Shown here piece after piece: positions 18,384-26,376 of a stretch of 64,000 bases of DNA. The notes below the pieces were generated by a model. It did no database searches, was not told the DNA's origin, and was given only the letters and a program-made list of their open reading frames with translations. The stretch's first letter is position 1. Each line of letters begins with the position of its first letter. Made by a program: the position numbers and the translations under genes. The DNA is taken from sequence record NC_029091.1. The stretch is one strand, 5' to 3'. The DNA is from Escherichia phage APCEc01.

Positions 18384-18876
18384 GTTTTTGACTAGCGAAA
18401 TGAAAGTGAAGATTGCTGACACCGCTCGGTATTCCCTGAGCCAAAATCCAGACCAAAACAAAGAAGATGTAGTTCGACGTTGTAAGGTTGCAGTCTTTGC
18501 AGAGTATGTAGTAGCAAATTGGCTAGACGGATATGTTAATAAAGGTATTGAAGATGTAGAAGACCCGTACACGTATGCATGGGACGTGTTAGCCCATCCC
18601 AAATATTGTGGAATTCGTGTAGAAGTCAAGACACATCAGATGGATTCTAAATGGATTTCTGTTACCACAGGATACAGTGGTGATTATCCGGGTGGTAATG
18701 GAATCAATATAGGGCCCTTCTTGAATCATCGAGTCGCAGATTGTATTATTATATTAGATGTCAAAGAAACCTCACCTGACGTCTTCTCTTATTCTATAAA
18801 GTTCGTGGGAGACCATGAAGACCTAAAGAAAATCGTCCGCAAGAGCAACTACAACGGGTGGTATCTTCATCTTTAA
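18319..18876 (+). CDS. PD-(D/E)xK-like nuclease, candidate endonuclease IV (denB)
   Basis: 185 aa from ATG 18319 with SD AGAGGT (alternative ATG 18400 gives 158 aa); WDVL...GIRVEVK resembles a PD-(D/E)xK core; position after rIIB as T4 denB. Confidence 0.4.
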   Translation: MVKTNLGLLRLKSLPTFILSNEFLTSEMKVKIADTARYSLSQNPDQNKEDVVRRCKVAVFAEYVVANWLDGYVNKGIEDVEDPYTYAWDVLAHPKYCGIRVEVKTHQMDSKWISVTTGYSGDYPGGNGINIGPFLNHRVADCIIILDVKETSPDVFSYSIKFVGDHEDLKKIVRKSNYNGWYLHL

Positions 18877-18888
18877 TTTCATAAAAGT

Positions 18889-18918
18889 GTTTACAACTAA
18901 GTAGGACTATGATATAGT
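18889..18918 (+). promoter_or_regulatory. T4-type early promoter with inverted repeat over the -10
   Basis: GTTTAC ... TATAGT; inverted repeat TAGGACTA / TAGTCCTA flanks the -10. Confidence 0.6.
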
Positions 18919-18944
18919 AGTCCTATCTAAAAGAGGATAACATC

Positions 18945-19208
18945 ATGAAATTTAAATTTTTCTACGCAAAACATAAAGTAACAGGCGAATTTGTTTCAAT
19001 GTACAACACTGCAGATGACGAAGGGATGATTTATACCCATTTGGGACTATCTCATTGGGACTCGGACATGCCTTATATGTCATCTGAAGCCGAAATAACT
19101 CGTTTAGTTAACGGACATATGAACGACCATTTTGGTGTTATTCTTTCTAAAGACCTTAAAGAGGTTATCAACAAAGGATATATGGAACTAGCGGAAGTTG
19201 AGATATGA
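18945..19208 (+). CDS. hypothetical protein
   Basis: 87 aa; RBS AAGAGGA. Confidence 0.55.
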   Translation: MKFKFFYAKHKVTGEFVSMYNTADDEGMIYTHLGLSHWDSDMPYMSSEAEITRLVNGHMNDHFGVILSKDLKEVINKGYMELAEVEI

Positions 19209-19291
19209 GCTCTAAAATGTGGATCGGAATATGGTTGCTTAGTATCCCAATGATTTGTATAATATTTTCAATTGTGTTGAGGTACTTATGA
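19205..19291 (+). CDS. small hydrophobic peptide
   Basis: 28 aa MSSKMWIGIWLLSIPMICIIFSIVLRYL; ATGA coupling to the upstream ORF. Confidence 0.3.
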   Translation: MSSKMWIGIWLLSIPMICIIFSIVLRYL

Positions 19292-19398
19292 AAATTGCAC
19301 TTCTTATTGTACTAAGAACAATTTGTGATACGGGTTTTTACATTGCATGTTCGTTCACTGGAACATGGTTGGCTTTAACATATTTTAATGTAATTTAA
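19288..19398 (+). CDS. small hydrophobic peptide
   Basis: 36 aa MKIALLIVLRTICDTGFYIACSFTGTWLALTYFNVI; ATGA coupling. Confidence 0.3.
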   Translation: MKIALLIVLRTICDTGFYIACSFTGTWLALTYFNVI

Positions 19399-19400
19399 TT

Positions 19401-19430
19401 GTTTACAACAAGGTAGGATTATGGTATAGT
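19401..19430 (+). promoter_or_regulatory. T4-type early promoter with inverted repeat over the -10
   Basis: GTTTAC ... TATAGT; inverted repeat GTAGGATTA / TAGTCCTAC. Confidence 0.6.
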
Positions 19431-19458
19431 AGTCCTACTGAAACATGAGGAACACAAA

Positions 19459-19659
19459 ATGGCTAAGCTTTTTAAAGATGTTGAAATTGATGAAAAATTT
19501 GTTCTGAATAATGGTCAGCAGCTTATTCGTGTAGCTTCTATCGCCGGACAAACTCATAACTGTATCGCCCCAACGTGTTGGACTCGATTCTTTATTGAAG
19601 ATGACACTGAATGTTTAACTGTTGAAGAGCTTTTTGAACGTTCTGATATGGCCGAATAA
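19459..19659 (+). CDS. hypothetical protein
   Basis: 66 aa; RBS GAGGAA. Confidence 0.5.
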   Translation: MAKLFKDVEIDEKFVLNNGQQLIRVASIAGQTHNCIAPTCWTRFFIEDDTECLTVEELFERSDMAE

Positions 19660-19661
19660 AA

Positions 19662-19691
19662 TTGTACAAACTCTTGAGAGCAGAGTATAAT
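19662..19691 (+). promoter_or_regulatory. T4-type early promoter with inverted repeat over the -10 (ndd)
   Basis: TTGTAC ... TATAAT; inverted repeat GAGAGCA / TGCTCTC; near-identical cassette recurs at 47823. Confidence 0.6.
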
Positions 19692-19735
19692 GCTCTCATG
19701 GATTACAAAAACATTAATCAATTGAGGAAATTAGC

Positions 19736-20182
19736 ATGTCCAAATATTTAACTCGTAAAGACCTTCTGGCAGTTGGCGGTGAAGTTGTTGCAGTAGTTCG
19801 TAATGGCGAATACGGTTCCGAAGTTTCTAAAGAGTTTCGTTCTCGTGAAGGTTTTTACTTCTTTGTTAAAGGTTCATCTGATTGGCGACAAGTAGCAGCA
19901 CGATTCTTTGTAGGACGTCAACGTTCTAAACAAGGGTTGGATGCAATTCTTTCTCACATTCGTCAAGGCCGTTCGCAACTAGCCCGTACCATGGGCACTA
20001 ACAATATTGAATATGATGTAATCTTTGTTGCAGCTAAGAACATGAAACCACTGACCACTGGTTATGGTAAAGGTCAATTGGCTCTGGCATTCACTCGCAA
20101 CCATACATCAGAATATCAAACACTCACTGAAATGAACCGTCTTCTGGCTGATAATTTCAAATTCATTCTGCAGAGTTACTAA
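19736..20182 (+). CDS. ndd: nucleoid disruption protein Ndd
   Basis: 148 aa; QRSKQG..LSHIRQ.RSQLART and [36 protein letters not shown] match T4 Ndd. Confidence 0.85.
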   Translation: MSKYLTRKDLLAVGGEVVAVVRNGEYGSEVSKEFRSREGFYFFVKGSSDWRQVAARFFVGRQRSKQGLDAILSHIRQGRSQLARTMGTNNIEYDVIFVAAKNMKPLTTGYGKGQLALAFTRNHTSEYQTLTEMNRLLADNFKFILQSY

Positions 20183-20234
20183 TTTATACAGGCCTATTAA
20201 GTTAGGCCTTTAATTTATTTTTGAGGTAATTAAA

Positions 20235-20381
20235 ATGGTAGCATGGATTATTGCATTGCTGTGTTGGTCGTTTTTATTCGTTAACACTTTAGTTACAGGC
20301 GAAACAACAGTATTTCAACAGGCCGTATCACAAGGTACCTTAGCGGTCTTAGCTCTTCTTAACGTGTTAAAAGGCGAGTAA
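20235..20381 (+). CDS. small membrane protein (ac-like position)
   Basis: 48 aa hydrophobic; RBS GAGG. Confidence 0.4.
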   Translation: MVAWIIALLCWSFLFVNTLVTGETTVFQQAVSQGTLAVLALLNVLKGE

Positions 20382-20521
20382 TGATTAAGAAAATCTTAGC
20401 AGGAGCCTTCGGGCTCTTGTTGTTGCTTACGGTTCTGTACTACGGTGTGATGTTTGGACTAATCCAAGTAGTGCTTTTCATTTCAGATGTTATAATGGTT
20501 ATTCGTTCATTAATATGGTGA
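20381..20521 (+). CDS. small membrane protein
   Basis: 46 aa hydrophobic; TAATG overlap with the upstream ORF. Confidence 0.4.
   Translation: MIKKILAGAFGLLLLLTVLYYGVMFGLIQVVLFISDVIMVIRSLIW
20472..20496 (+). promoter_or_regulatory. MotA-dependent middle promoter candidate for gene 52
   Basis: TGCTTTT, 12-nt spacer, TATAAT; about 30 nt upstream of the gene 52 ATG. Confidence 0.4.
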
Positions 20522-20525
20522 AAAT

Positions 20526-21851
20526 ATGCAATTGAATTCTCGTAATCTAAAAAGTATTATTGATAACGAAGCCTTAGCATATGCGATGTACACCGTTGAA
20601 AACCGTGCAATCCCAAACATGATTGATGGATTTAAGCCGGTTCAACGTTTTGTGGTTCATCGTGCGTTAGATTTGGCTCGTGGTAATAAAGAAAAATTTC
20701 ATAAACTTGCGTCAATTGCAGGCGGTGTTGCAGATTTAGGTTATCACCATGGTGAATCTTCTGCACAAGATGCAGGTGCATTAATGGCTAACACATGGAA
20801 CAACAACTATCCACTGTTAGATGGCCAAGGCAACTTTGGTTCTAGAACAGTCCAAAAAGCTGCAGCATCTCGTTATATTTTTGCTCGTGTAAGTAAAAAT
20901 TTCTATAACGTATATAAAGATACTGAATATGCTCCAGCTCATGAAGATAAAGAACACATTCCACCAAAATTTTATCTTCCTATTATTCCGACAGTTCTTT
21001 TAAATGGCGTCTCTGGTATTGCAACCGGTTACGCAACAAATATTCTGCCTCATAGTTTTAAATCAGTCAAAAAGGCTGTATTACAAGCTCTTCAAGGTAA
21101 AAATGTCACTAAGCCAAAAGTTGAATTCCCGGAATTCCGTGGTGAAGTACATGAAGTTGATGGGCGTTATGAGATTCACGGAACATATAAGTTCACATCT
21201 CGCACTCAAATGCAGATAACTGAAATCCCATATAAATTCGACCGTGAAACGTATGTGAGTAAGGTTCTTGACCCGTTGGAAGACAAAGGTCTAATCTCAT
21301 GGGAAGATGATTGTGGTGAACACGGCTTTGGGTTTAAGGTGAAGTTCCGTAAAGAGTACTCGCTTCCTGATGATGAAGAGCTACGTCATGAAAAAATCAT
21401 GAAAGATTTTAGTCTCATCGAACGTCGTTCACAAAACATCACAGTGATTAATGAAAAGGGTAAATTAGCGGTCTACGATAACGTAGTGGACTTAATCAAA
21501 GATTTTGTTGAAGTCCGTAAGACTTACGTTCAGAAACGTATTGACAACAAAATCCTTGAATCTGAAAAAGCATTTAAACTTGCTTTTGCTAAGGCACACT
21601 TCATCAAAAAAGTTATCAACGGTGAAATTGTGATTCAGGGCAAGACTCGTAAAGCTTTGTCTGAAGAGCTAGCACAAATCGAAATGTATAAAGAACATGT
21701 CGATAAACTGGTAGGTCTTAACATCTTCCATATCACTTCCGACGAAGCACGTAAACTAGCAGAAGAAGCTAAAGCTAAGAAAGAAGAAAATGAGTATTGG
21801 AAGTCTACTGATGTTGTGACAGAGTACACTAAAGACTTGGAGGCACTTTGA
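20526..21851 (+). CDS. 52: DNA topoisomerase II medium subunit
   Basis: 441 aa; size and position match T4 gp52 (442 aa). Confidence 0.85.
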   Translation: MQLNSRNLKSIIDNEALAYAMYTVENRAIPNMIDGFKPVQRFVVHRALDLARGNKEKFHKLASIAGGVADLGYHHGESSAQDAGALMANTWNNNYPLLDGQGNFGSRTVQKAAASRYIFARVSKNFYNVYKDTEYAPAHEDKEHIPPKFYLPIIPTVLLNGVSGIATGYATNILPHSFKSVKKAVLQALQGKNVTKPKVEFPEFRGEVHEVDGRYEIHGTYKFTSRTQMQITEIPYKFDRETYVSKVLDPLEDKGLISWEDDCGEHGFGFKVKFRKEYSLPDDEELRHEKIMKDFSLIERRSQNITVINEKGKLAVYDNVVDLIKDFVEVRKTYVQKRIDNKILESEKAFKLAFAKAHFIKKVINGEIVIQGKTRKALSEELAQIEMYKEHVDKLVGLNIFHITSDEARKLAEEAKAKKEENEYWKSTDVVTEYTKDLEAL

Positions 21852-21927
21852 GTGCCCTAGCCTTAGGATTTCTCGGTGCAATAGCTGCACTAGTGATTTG
21901 GCTGTATTGGTTGGACAAACATGATTA

Positions 21928-21947
21928 GGGAGCTTCGGCTCCCTTTT
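21928..21947 (+). terminator. rho-independent terminator after gene 52
   Basis: GGGAGCTTCGGCTCCC plus TTTT. Confidence 0.7.
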
Positions 21948-21971
21948 GTGCATTTTTTTTCTCACAAAACA

Positions 21972-22000
21972 GTTTACTTTTGCTTCAAACATGATAGTAT
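21972..22000 (+). promoter_or_regulatory. T4-type early promoter (cassette copy 1)
   Basis: AGTTTACTTTTGCTTCAAACATGATAGTATAAACCTATCAAAACAAA; nearly identical to the copy at 22293. Confidence 0.55.
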
Positions 22001-22039
22001 AAACCTATCAAAACAAAACAACCAAATTGGAGAAATAAA

Positions 22040-22255
22040 ATGTCTAAAATGAAATTAACTCAAAACACAACTACTCGTTTCGGTAAAGTTAAACCTGGTA
22101 TGAATGCTCCCCGTAAAGCACTTGTTGAAGAATTAAATTTCTTAGAAGTTGAAATCAATTCTTTAGTGGTTCGCGGTTCAAATGGACATCATTTAGAAAA
22201 GCTTCGTTCTAAAAAGGCAAAACTTATTGGCCTTATTAAAGAAATGAGTTTGTAA
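22040..22255 (+). CDS. hypothetical basic small protein
   Basis: 71 aa; begins MSK like MotA and shares its upstream cassette. Confidence 0.5.
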   Translation: MSKMKLTQNTTTRFGKVKPGMNAPRKALVEELNFLEVEINSLVVRGSNGHHLEKLRSKKAKLIGLIKEMSL

Positions 22256-22292
22256 ATTTTACCAGGGCTTTTGAAAAAGAGCCCAAAATAAA

Positions 22293-22321
22293 GTTTACTT
22301 TTGCTTCAAACATGTTATTAT
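22293..22321 (+). promoter_or_regulatory. T4-type early promoter (cassette copy 2, motA)
   Basis: AGTTTACTTTTGCTTCAAACATGTTATTATAGACCTATCAAAACAAA. Confidence 0.55.
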
Positions 22322-22358
22322 AGACCTATCAAAACAAATACTAATTTGGAGAAATAAA

Positions 22359-22991
22359 ATGTCTAAAGTTACTTACATCATCAAAGCTTCTGAAAACGCT
22401 CTGAATGAAAAAACTGCTGCAATAATGGTTTATATCATTAAGAACAACTTCACCACTGCTGCCAATGTCCGTGAAGCTCTGGAAGCAGAATACAATGCAT
22501 CGGTTGTTAACTCTAACATTGGCGTATTGATTAAGAAAGGTTTAGTCGAAAAATCTGGTGATGGACTTATAGCAACAGGCGAAGCAATGGATATTATCCA
22601 AAAAGCTGCAGACCTCTTTGCCCAAGAAAATGCTCCAGAACTTCTTCAGAAACGTAACACTAGAAAAGCACGTGGAGTTACTCCTGAAATGCATGAATTA
22701 GCAAACTTTGTTTTTGAAAATATTAAAGATAAAGTTGAAGTTAAAGAAATTGGCGAAAACCGTAGTAACTTGGAAGTTCGATTTGCAAAACGAGTTCTAG
22801 GTATTCGTCAGATCGAAATTCGTCGAAATGGTTCTCTTAGAATCTTTGCATACAACATGTCAGAAACTGAATCAAAGCTGTTTACTTCTCTTGAAAATGA
22901 TGTTAAGATTAAGATCGGTGGTAAATATACTTACATTGACTTCCCTAATGTGTCCAAAGAAATCATTACCCTTGTAACTAACGTACTGTGA
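22359..22991 (+). CDS. motA: middle-transcription activator MotA
   Basis: 210 aa; MSKVTYIIKAS and VVNSNIGVLIKKGLVEKSGDGLI match T4 MotA. Confidence 0.9.
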   Translation: MSKVTYIIKASENALNEKTAAIMVYIIKNNFTTAANVREALEAEYNASVVNSNIGVLIKKGLVEKSGDGLIATGEAMDIIQKAADLFAQENAPELLQKRNTRKARGVTPEMHELANFVFENIKDKVEVKEIGENRSNLEVRFAKRVLGIRQIEIRRNGSLRIFAYNMSETESKLFTSLENDVKIKIGGKYTYIDFPNVSKEIITLVTNVL

Positions 22992-23001
22992 GGAATACAT
23001 A

Positions 23002-23331
23002 ATGAATAAGCTGAATATTATTAACGAACTTCGTAAATGTGCAGAACCTACTCAGGAAGGATGGGATATTTGGTACCACGGGGCTTATTTAGGGACAATT
23101 GTAAAGATTAAAGCAGGCCAATATACGGTTATTCGTGAAAATAATGACGCGCCATTTGGCCTTCGTAAAAACTACATGGCAGCGATCAGTTCATTTGTTG
23201 ATGCAGCTTACGAAATCTATAAAGAAGATTATAAAGAATACCAGCAGTCACAACCGGTTATTCGTTCGATTGGTGTAAATAAACAAGCACAAAAATCTAT
23301 TTGGCAACGTATTAAAGGATGGTTTAAATGA
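23002..23331 (+). CDS. hypothetical protein
   Basis: 109 aa; RBS GAGGAA. Confidence 0.5.
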   Translation: MNKLNIINELRKCAEPTQEGWDIWYHGAYLGTIVKIKAGQYTVIRENNDAPFGLRKNYMAAISSFVDAAYEIYKEDYKEYQQSQPVIRSIGVNKQAQKSIWQRIKGWFK

Positions 23332-23789
23332 AAACTTTTAAAGAACGTTTAGCTCTGTTAGATAAAGCTTTGTCGCGTGAGACTCCGGAAAGTCTGGCTG
23401 CTAAATTAGCTTCTTACGGCGGTGAATATACAGAACAAAATGTTTTAGATGAAGTTCCTGAAATCTGTTGGCAGACTGTGTATTGGGATGAAAACCAAAA
23501 GTATCAACGACGAATTGTCTGTGCAGCCAACCGTTTTAAATTAAAAGATGGACGAACTCTTATTATTCCAGGTGCTCGTCATTATTCTAAAGATATGGCA
23601 GAAGTTTTAGATGTAGTTAAACCTCAATTAGTTACTCAACAAGTTTGTGATGATGACCAAGGGTTTATTGACCAATATAGTAATTATTGGACACGTGAAG
23701 AAGCAATGATTATTGCAACTTACGCTGGACAAGTACGTATTGAACGTGGTGGTAATGAAAAAGAACTTTATTCTGAGGACCTTTACTAA
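23328..23789 (+). CDS. hypothetical protein
   Basis: 153 aa; ATGA coupled. Confidence 0.5.
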   Translation: MKTFKERLALLDKALSRETPESLAAKLASYGGEYTEQNVLDEVPEICWQTVYWDENQKYQRRIVCAANRFKLKDGRTLIIPGARHYSKDMAEVLDVVKPQLVTQQVCDDDQGFIDQYSNYWTREEAMIIATYAGQVRIERGGNEKELYSEDLY

Positions 23790-24070
23790 TGAATCTTAAA
23801 CAACTCCAGATTGATGCTATTGAAGCCCACATTAATCATATCAAACGCCTGAATGCTATGATGGAAGAAAATTATGGTATGTATGCTAATCAGCCTGGTT
23901 GGGATGCTTTAGACCATCCTTATTTGGTTAATTTATGTAAAGGTGATACGTTAGCAATTATTCGTGATGGGTTAAAACCTTTCTTGCGCGACATGTATAT
24001 TAAAATGAACGAAGAAATTATTAGCTCGTTTCAATATCAATTAAGGAAATTAGACGATGAGAATAATTGA
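23789..24070 (+). CDS. hypothetical protein (Arn-like position and size)
   Basis: 93 aa between motA and asiA; T4 Arn is 92 aa; not confirmed by sequence. Confidence 0.35.
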   Translation: MNLKQLQIDAIEAHINHIKRLNAMMEENYGMYANQPGWDALDHPYLVNLCKGDTLAIIRDGLKPFLRDMYIKMNEEIISSFQYQLRKLDDENN

Positions 24071-24272
24071 TTCTAAAGCAGATTATTTTAATTCTGTTAA
24101 TGATAAGAATAAAGCTTTAATTCGTCACTTTATTACTGAGATGGGATATACTGACTCTAAAGATTTGAAAGAGCACATTATCGAATGTTCTGTGGCTAAA
24201 AAGTTTTCTTTCACAGACAAATGTTTAAATGAGGTTATAAATCATTATGAACAATCTTGTAGCAAAACATGA
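24057..24272 (+). CDS. hypothetical protein
   Basis: 71 aa, overlapping its neighbours. Confidence 0.4.
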   Translation: MRIIDSKADYFNSVNDKNKALIRHFITEMGYTDSKDLKEHIIECSVAKKFSFTDKCLNEVINHYEQSCSKT

Positions 24273-24655
24273 TTTCAATAAGGCTTCCGTCCATAAGGAC
24301 AAGAAGAAATCAGAACTTCAATCTAAACGTAAACAAAAACATAAGGGTAAAGACTATGCTTACTAAAATCAAAGAAAATCCTGCCACTGAACTTGTTATT
24401 CGATGCGAAGAACTTGCAGAGCTTTATCAGGTTAACAGAGAAGTGTGTCGTAGTGTTATCGTAGATATGGAAGACGAAGTATGTTCTCGTATTCCTTTTA
24501 GTGTTGATTTCAATCACATGAAGCCTGGTGAAATCACTATCGTCTTTGGTTCTGACTATACTGAAGAACGGGCTCTTAATGCCCTAGAATATGAAATGTC
24601 ATTCTTTGACATACAGGACTACATTGATAGTTATAAGGAACAATATGAGTCATAA
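24269..24655 (+). CDS. hypothetical protein
   Basis: 128 aa from the coupled ATG at 24269; alternative start 24356 gives 99 aa. Confidence 0.4.
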   Translation: MISIRLPSIRTRRNQNFNLNVNKNIRVKTMLTKIKENPATELVIRCEELAELYQVNREVCRSVIVDMEDEVCSRIPFSVDFNHMKPGEITIVFGSDYTEERALNALEYEMSFFDIQDYIDSYKEQYES

Positions 24656-24806
24656 TCTTCAGAACGTAGTAGAGGCCGAACGTGAGCGTGAGGCTTTAGT
24701 CTATAATGAACTATTAGTTCAATTCTTGGTCTTACACTCGTACGAACAGGAAGACTATACCAATTACGTTAAAAGCGTAGAAAAAGCCGTTTACAATCAA
24801 CACTGA
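24645..24806 (+). CDS. hypothetical small protein
   Basis: 53 aa; RBS AAGGA. Confidence 0.35.
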   Translation: MSHNLQNVVEAEREREALVYNELLVQFLVLHSYEQEDYTNYVKSVEKAVYNQH

Positions 24807-24818
24807 TAATGGTACTAT
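24789..24818 (+). promoter_or_regulatory. T4-type early promoter for asiA
   Basis: GTTTAC, 18-nt spacer, TACTAT. Confidence 0.5.
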
Positions 24819-24852
24819 ACTCCTATCAATTAAGTGGAATGAATAAAACGTT

Positions 24853-25125
24853 ATGAATAAAGACATTGAAATCGTACGTGAAATTATTACTATTGCTTCT
24901 ATTTTGATTAAATTCTCTAGGGAAGATATTGTTGAAGACCGAGCAAGTTTCATCGGATTCTTGAATGAGATTGGAATTAAAAAAGATGGTCGGCAGCTAA
25001 ATCAGAATTCGTTCAGAAAACTAATTACAAATTTAACTGCCGAAGAAAAGAAAACACTGATTAGTGAATTCAATGAAGGTTTTGAAAATATTTATCGTCA
25101 TTTAGCGATGTATTCTAACAACTAA
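24853..25125 (+). CDS. asiA: anti-sigma-70 factor AsiA
   Basis: 90 aa; REIITIASILIKFSREDIVE and NEGFENIYRHL match T4 AsiA almost throughout. Confidence 0.95.
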   Translation: MNKDIEIVREIITIASILIKFSREDIVEDRASFIGFLNEIGIKKDGRQLNQNSFRKLITNLTAEEKKTLISEFNEGFENIYRHLAMYSNN

Positions 25126-25785
25126 TTATTTAGCCCTTCCTAGTATTCGGACCGCTTGGTTGCATATAGCCGCTAAGCGATCTTCCTCAAGTATATTATT
25201 CCCCTTATACCAATACATCGTCACAGTTCCAGCATAGATGTTATCCAAATTAAAGTATGGACAACTATACATATAAGAAAGTTCGGCAGTCTTAGATTTT
25301 GTAGGCAAAAATGCAAATTCTGATTTAGATGAGAAATGACGGCCACTTAAATGAATTATATATTCATTAGCCGTTTTATCCACCGGGAATCCACCAAGGG
25401 ACTTTTCAGAAATTGTGCTAGGTAGTTTGCCTTCATAAGCTATAAGGTCGACAAAATAATTTAAGTTTTTAGGTCTGAAAGAATACACAGCACTAAAATC
25501 TGCACCAGATGAGATATGAACTATTTGCAGTTGTTCTAGAGCCGCAGATTCAAAACGTAAAGCTCGTTCTTTTTGGATTATTTCAGTATAAGTATCATAC
25601 TTAGCTCTTACATAATAATCCAGCAAAATACTTCCTTTGTACCATATTAGTGCCATTAGGAACAAAAGAATAATTACCGCTACTCGGGACATTAAAACCT
25701 TTCCAGTAGCGTTATCTTTGAAAATACGATCTAGCAACCCAAATAGAATATCACTAAGCGAAAATGACACTTTTGGTGTTGCCAT
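25126..25785 (-). CDS. t: holin T
   Basis: 219 aa; N-terminal TM then large periplasmic domain; matches T4 holin (218 aa). Confidence 0.9.
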   Translation of the reverse strand: MATPKVSFSLSDILFGLLDRIFKDNATGKVLMSRVAVIILLFLMALIWYKGSILLDYYVRAKYDTYTEIIQKERALRFESAALEQLQIVHISSGADFSAVYSFRPKNLNYFVDLIAYEGKLPSTISEKSLGGFPVDKTANEYIIHLSGRHFSSKSEFAFLPTKSKTAELSYMYSCPYFNLDNIYAGTVTMYWYKGNNILEEDRLAAICNQAVRILGRAK

Positions 25786-25794
25786 AATACCTCC

Positions 25795-26346
25795 TTACTT
25801 AAAGATATTTATAATCGCTTTGATAATAGATTTGTTTTCAAGGTCAGGGAATTTAGGTAATTCGCCGCCAAGATGTTCATGTTTTTCTAAAAGGGCAAAG
25901 AATTTTTTGAGCTCTTTAAATTTTCGTTTTTCTTCTCTATTAGCAACCTCTGCGTCAATAAGAGAACTTAAAACACTGAATAATTTATAGAGTTCATGAA
26001 TTTTCTTATCACGTTGAACTACGCGTTTATATGCTTCATCTTCCTTCCACCCGTCGTCAGTCCAAAGGTCAAATTCACCTGGTTCTTCTGTAGTGACATT
26101 TTGAAGAGCACCTGGAGTGTCAATAACAATTTTTTGCTTATCATAAGTCCATACTGTTTTTCCGCGATGGTCTTCAACATATACCCATTCTTGCTCGCGT
26201 TCATCAAATATAACAGCATAGCCTTCTTTAGGGTCTAAAGGTTTTTTTGGTGTCGAATGAGCCGGAAATCCTACGCCTTTTAATGGTTTATAATTTTCTT
26301 CTTTGTAAAATTCTTTAGTGTCAAAATAATAGTGATAGAGTTTCAT
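25795..26346 (-). CDS. 38: gp38, distal long tail fiber assembly chaperone (T4-type)
   Basis: 183 aa; MKLYHYYFDTKEFYKEENYKP and FALLEKHEHLGGE match T4 gp38. Confidence 0.9.
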   Translation of the reverse strand: MKLYHYYFDTKEFYKEENYKPLKGVGFPAHSTPKKPLDPKEGYAVIFDEREQEWVYVEDHRGKTVWTYDKQKIVIDTPGALQNVTTEEPGEFDLWTDDGWKEDEAYKRVVQRDKKIHELYKLFSVLSSLIDAEVANREEKRKFKELKKFFALLEKHEHLGGELPKFPDLENKSIIKAIINIFK

Positions 26347-26356
26347 ATTATAAAAA

Positions 26357-26370
26357 GGGACCGAAGTCCC
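26357..26370 (-). terminator. hairpin between genes 37 and 38
   Basis: GGGACTTCGGTCCC on the minus strand, followed by a T-run. Confidence 0.5.
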
Positions 26371-26376
26371 TTCTCC

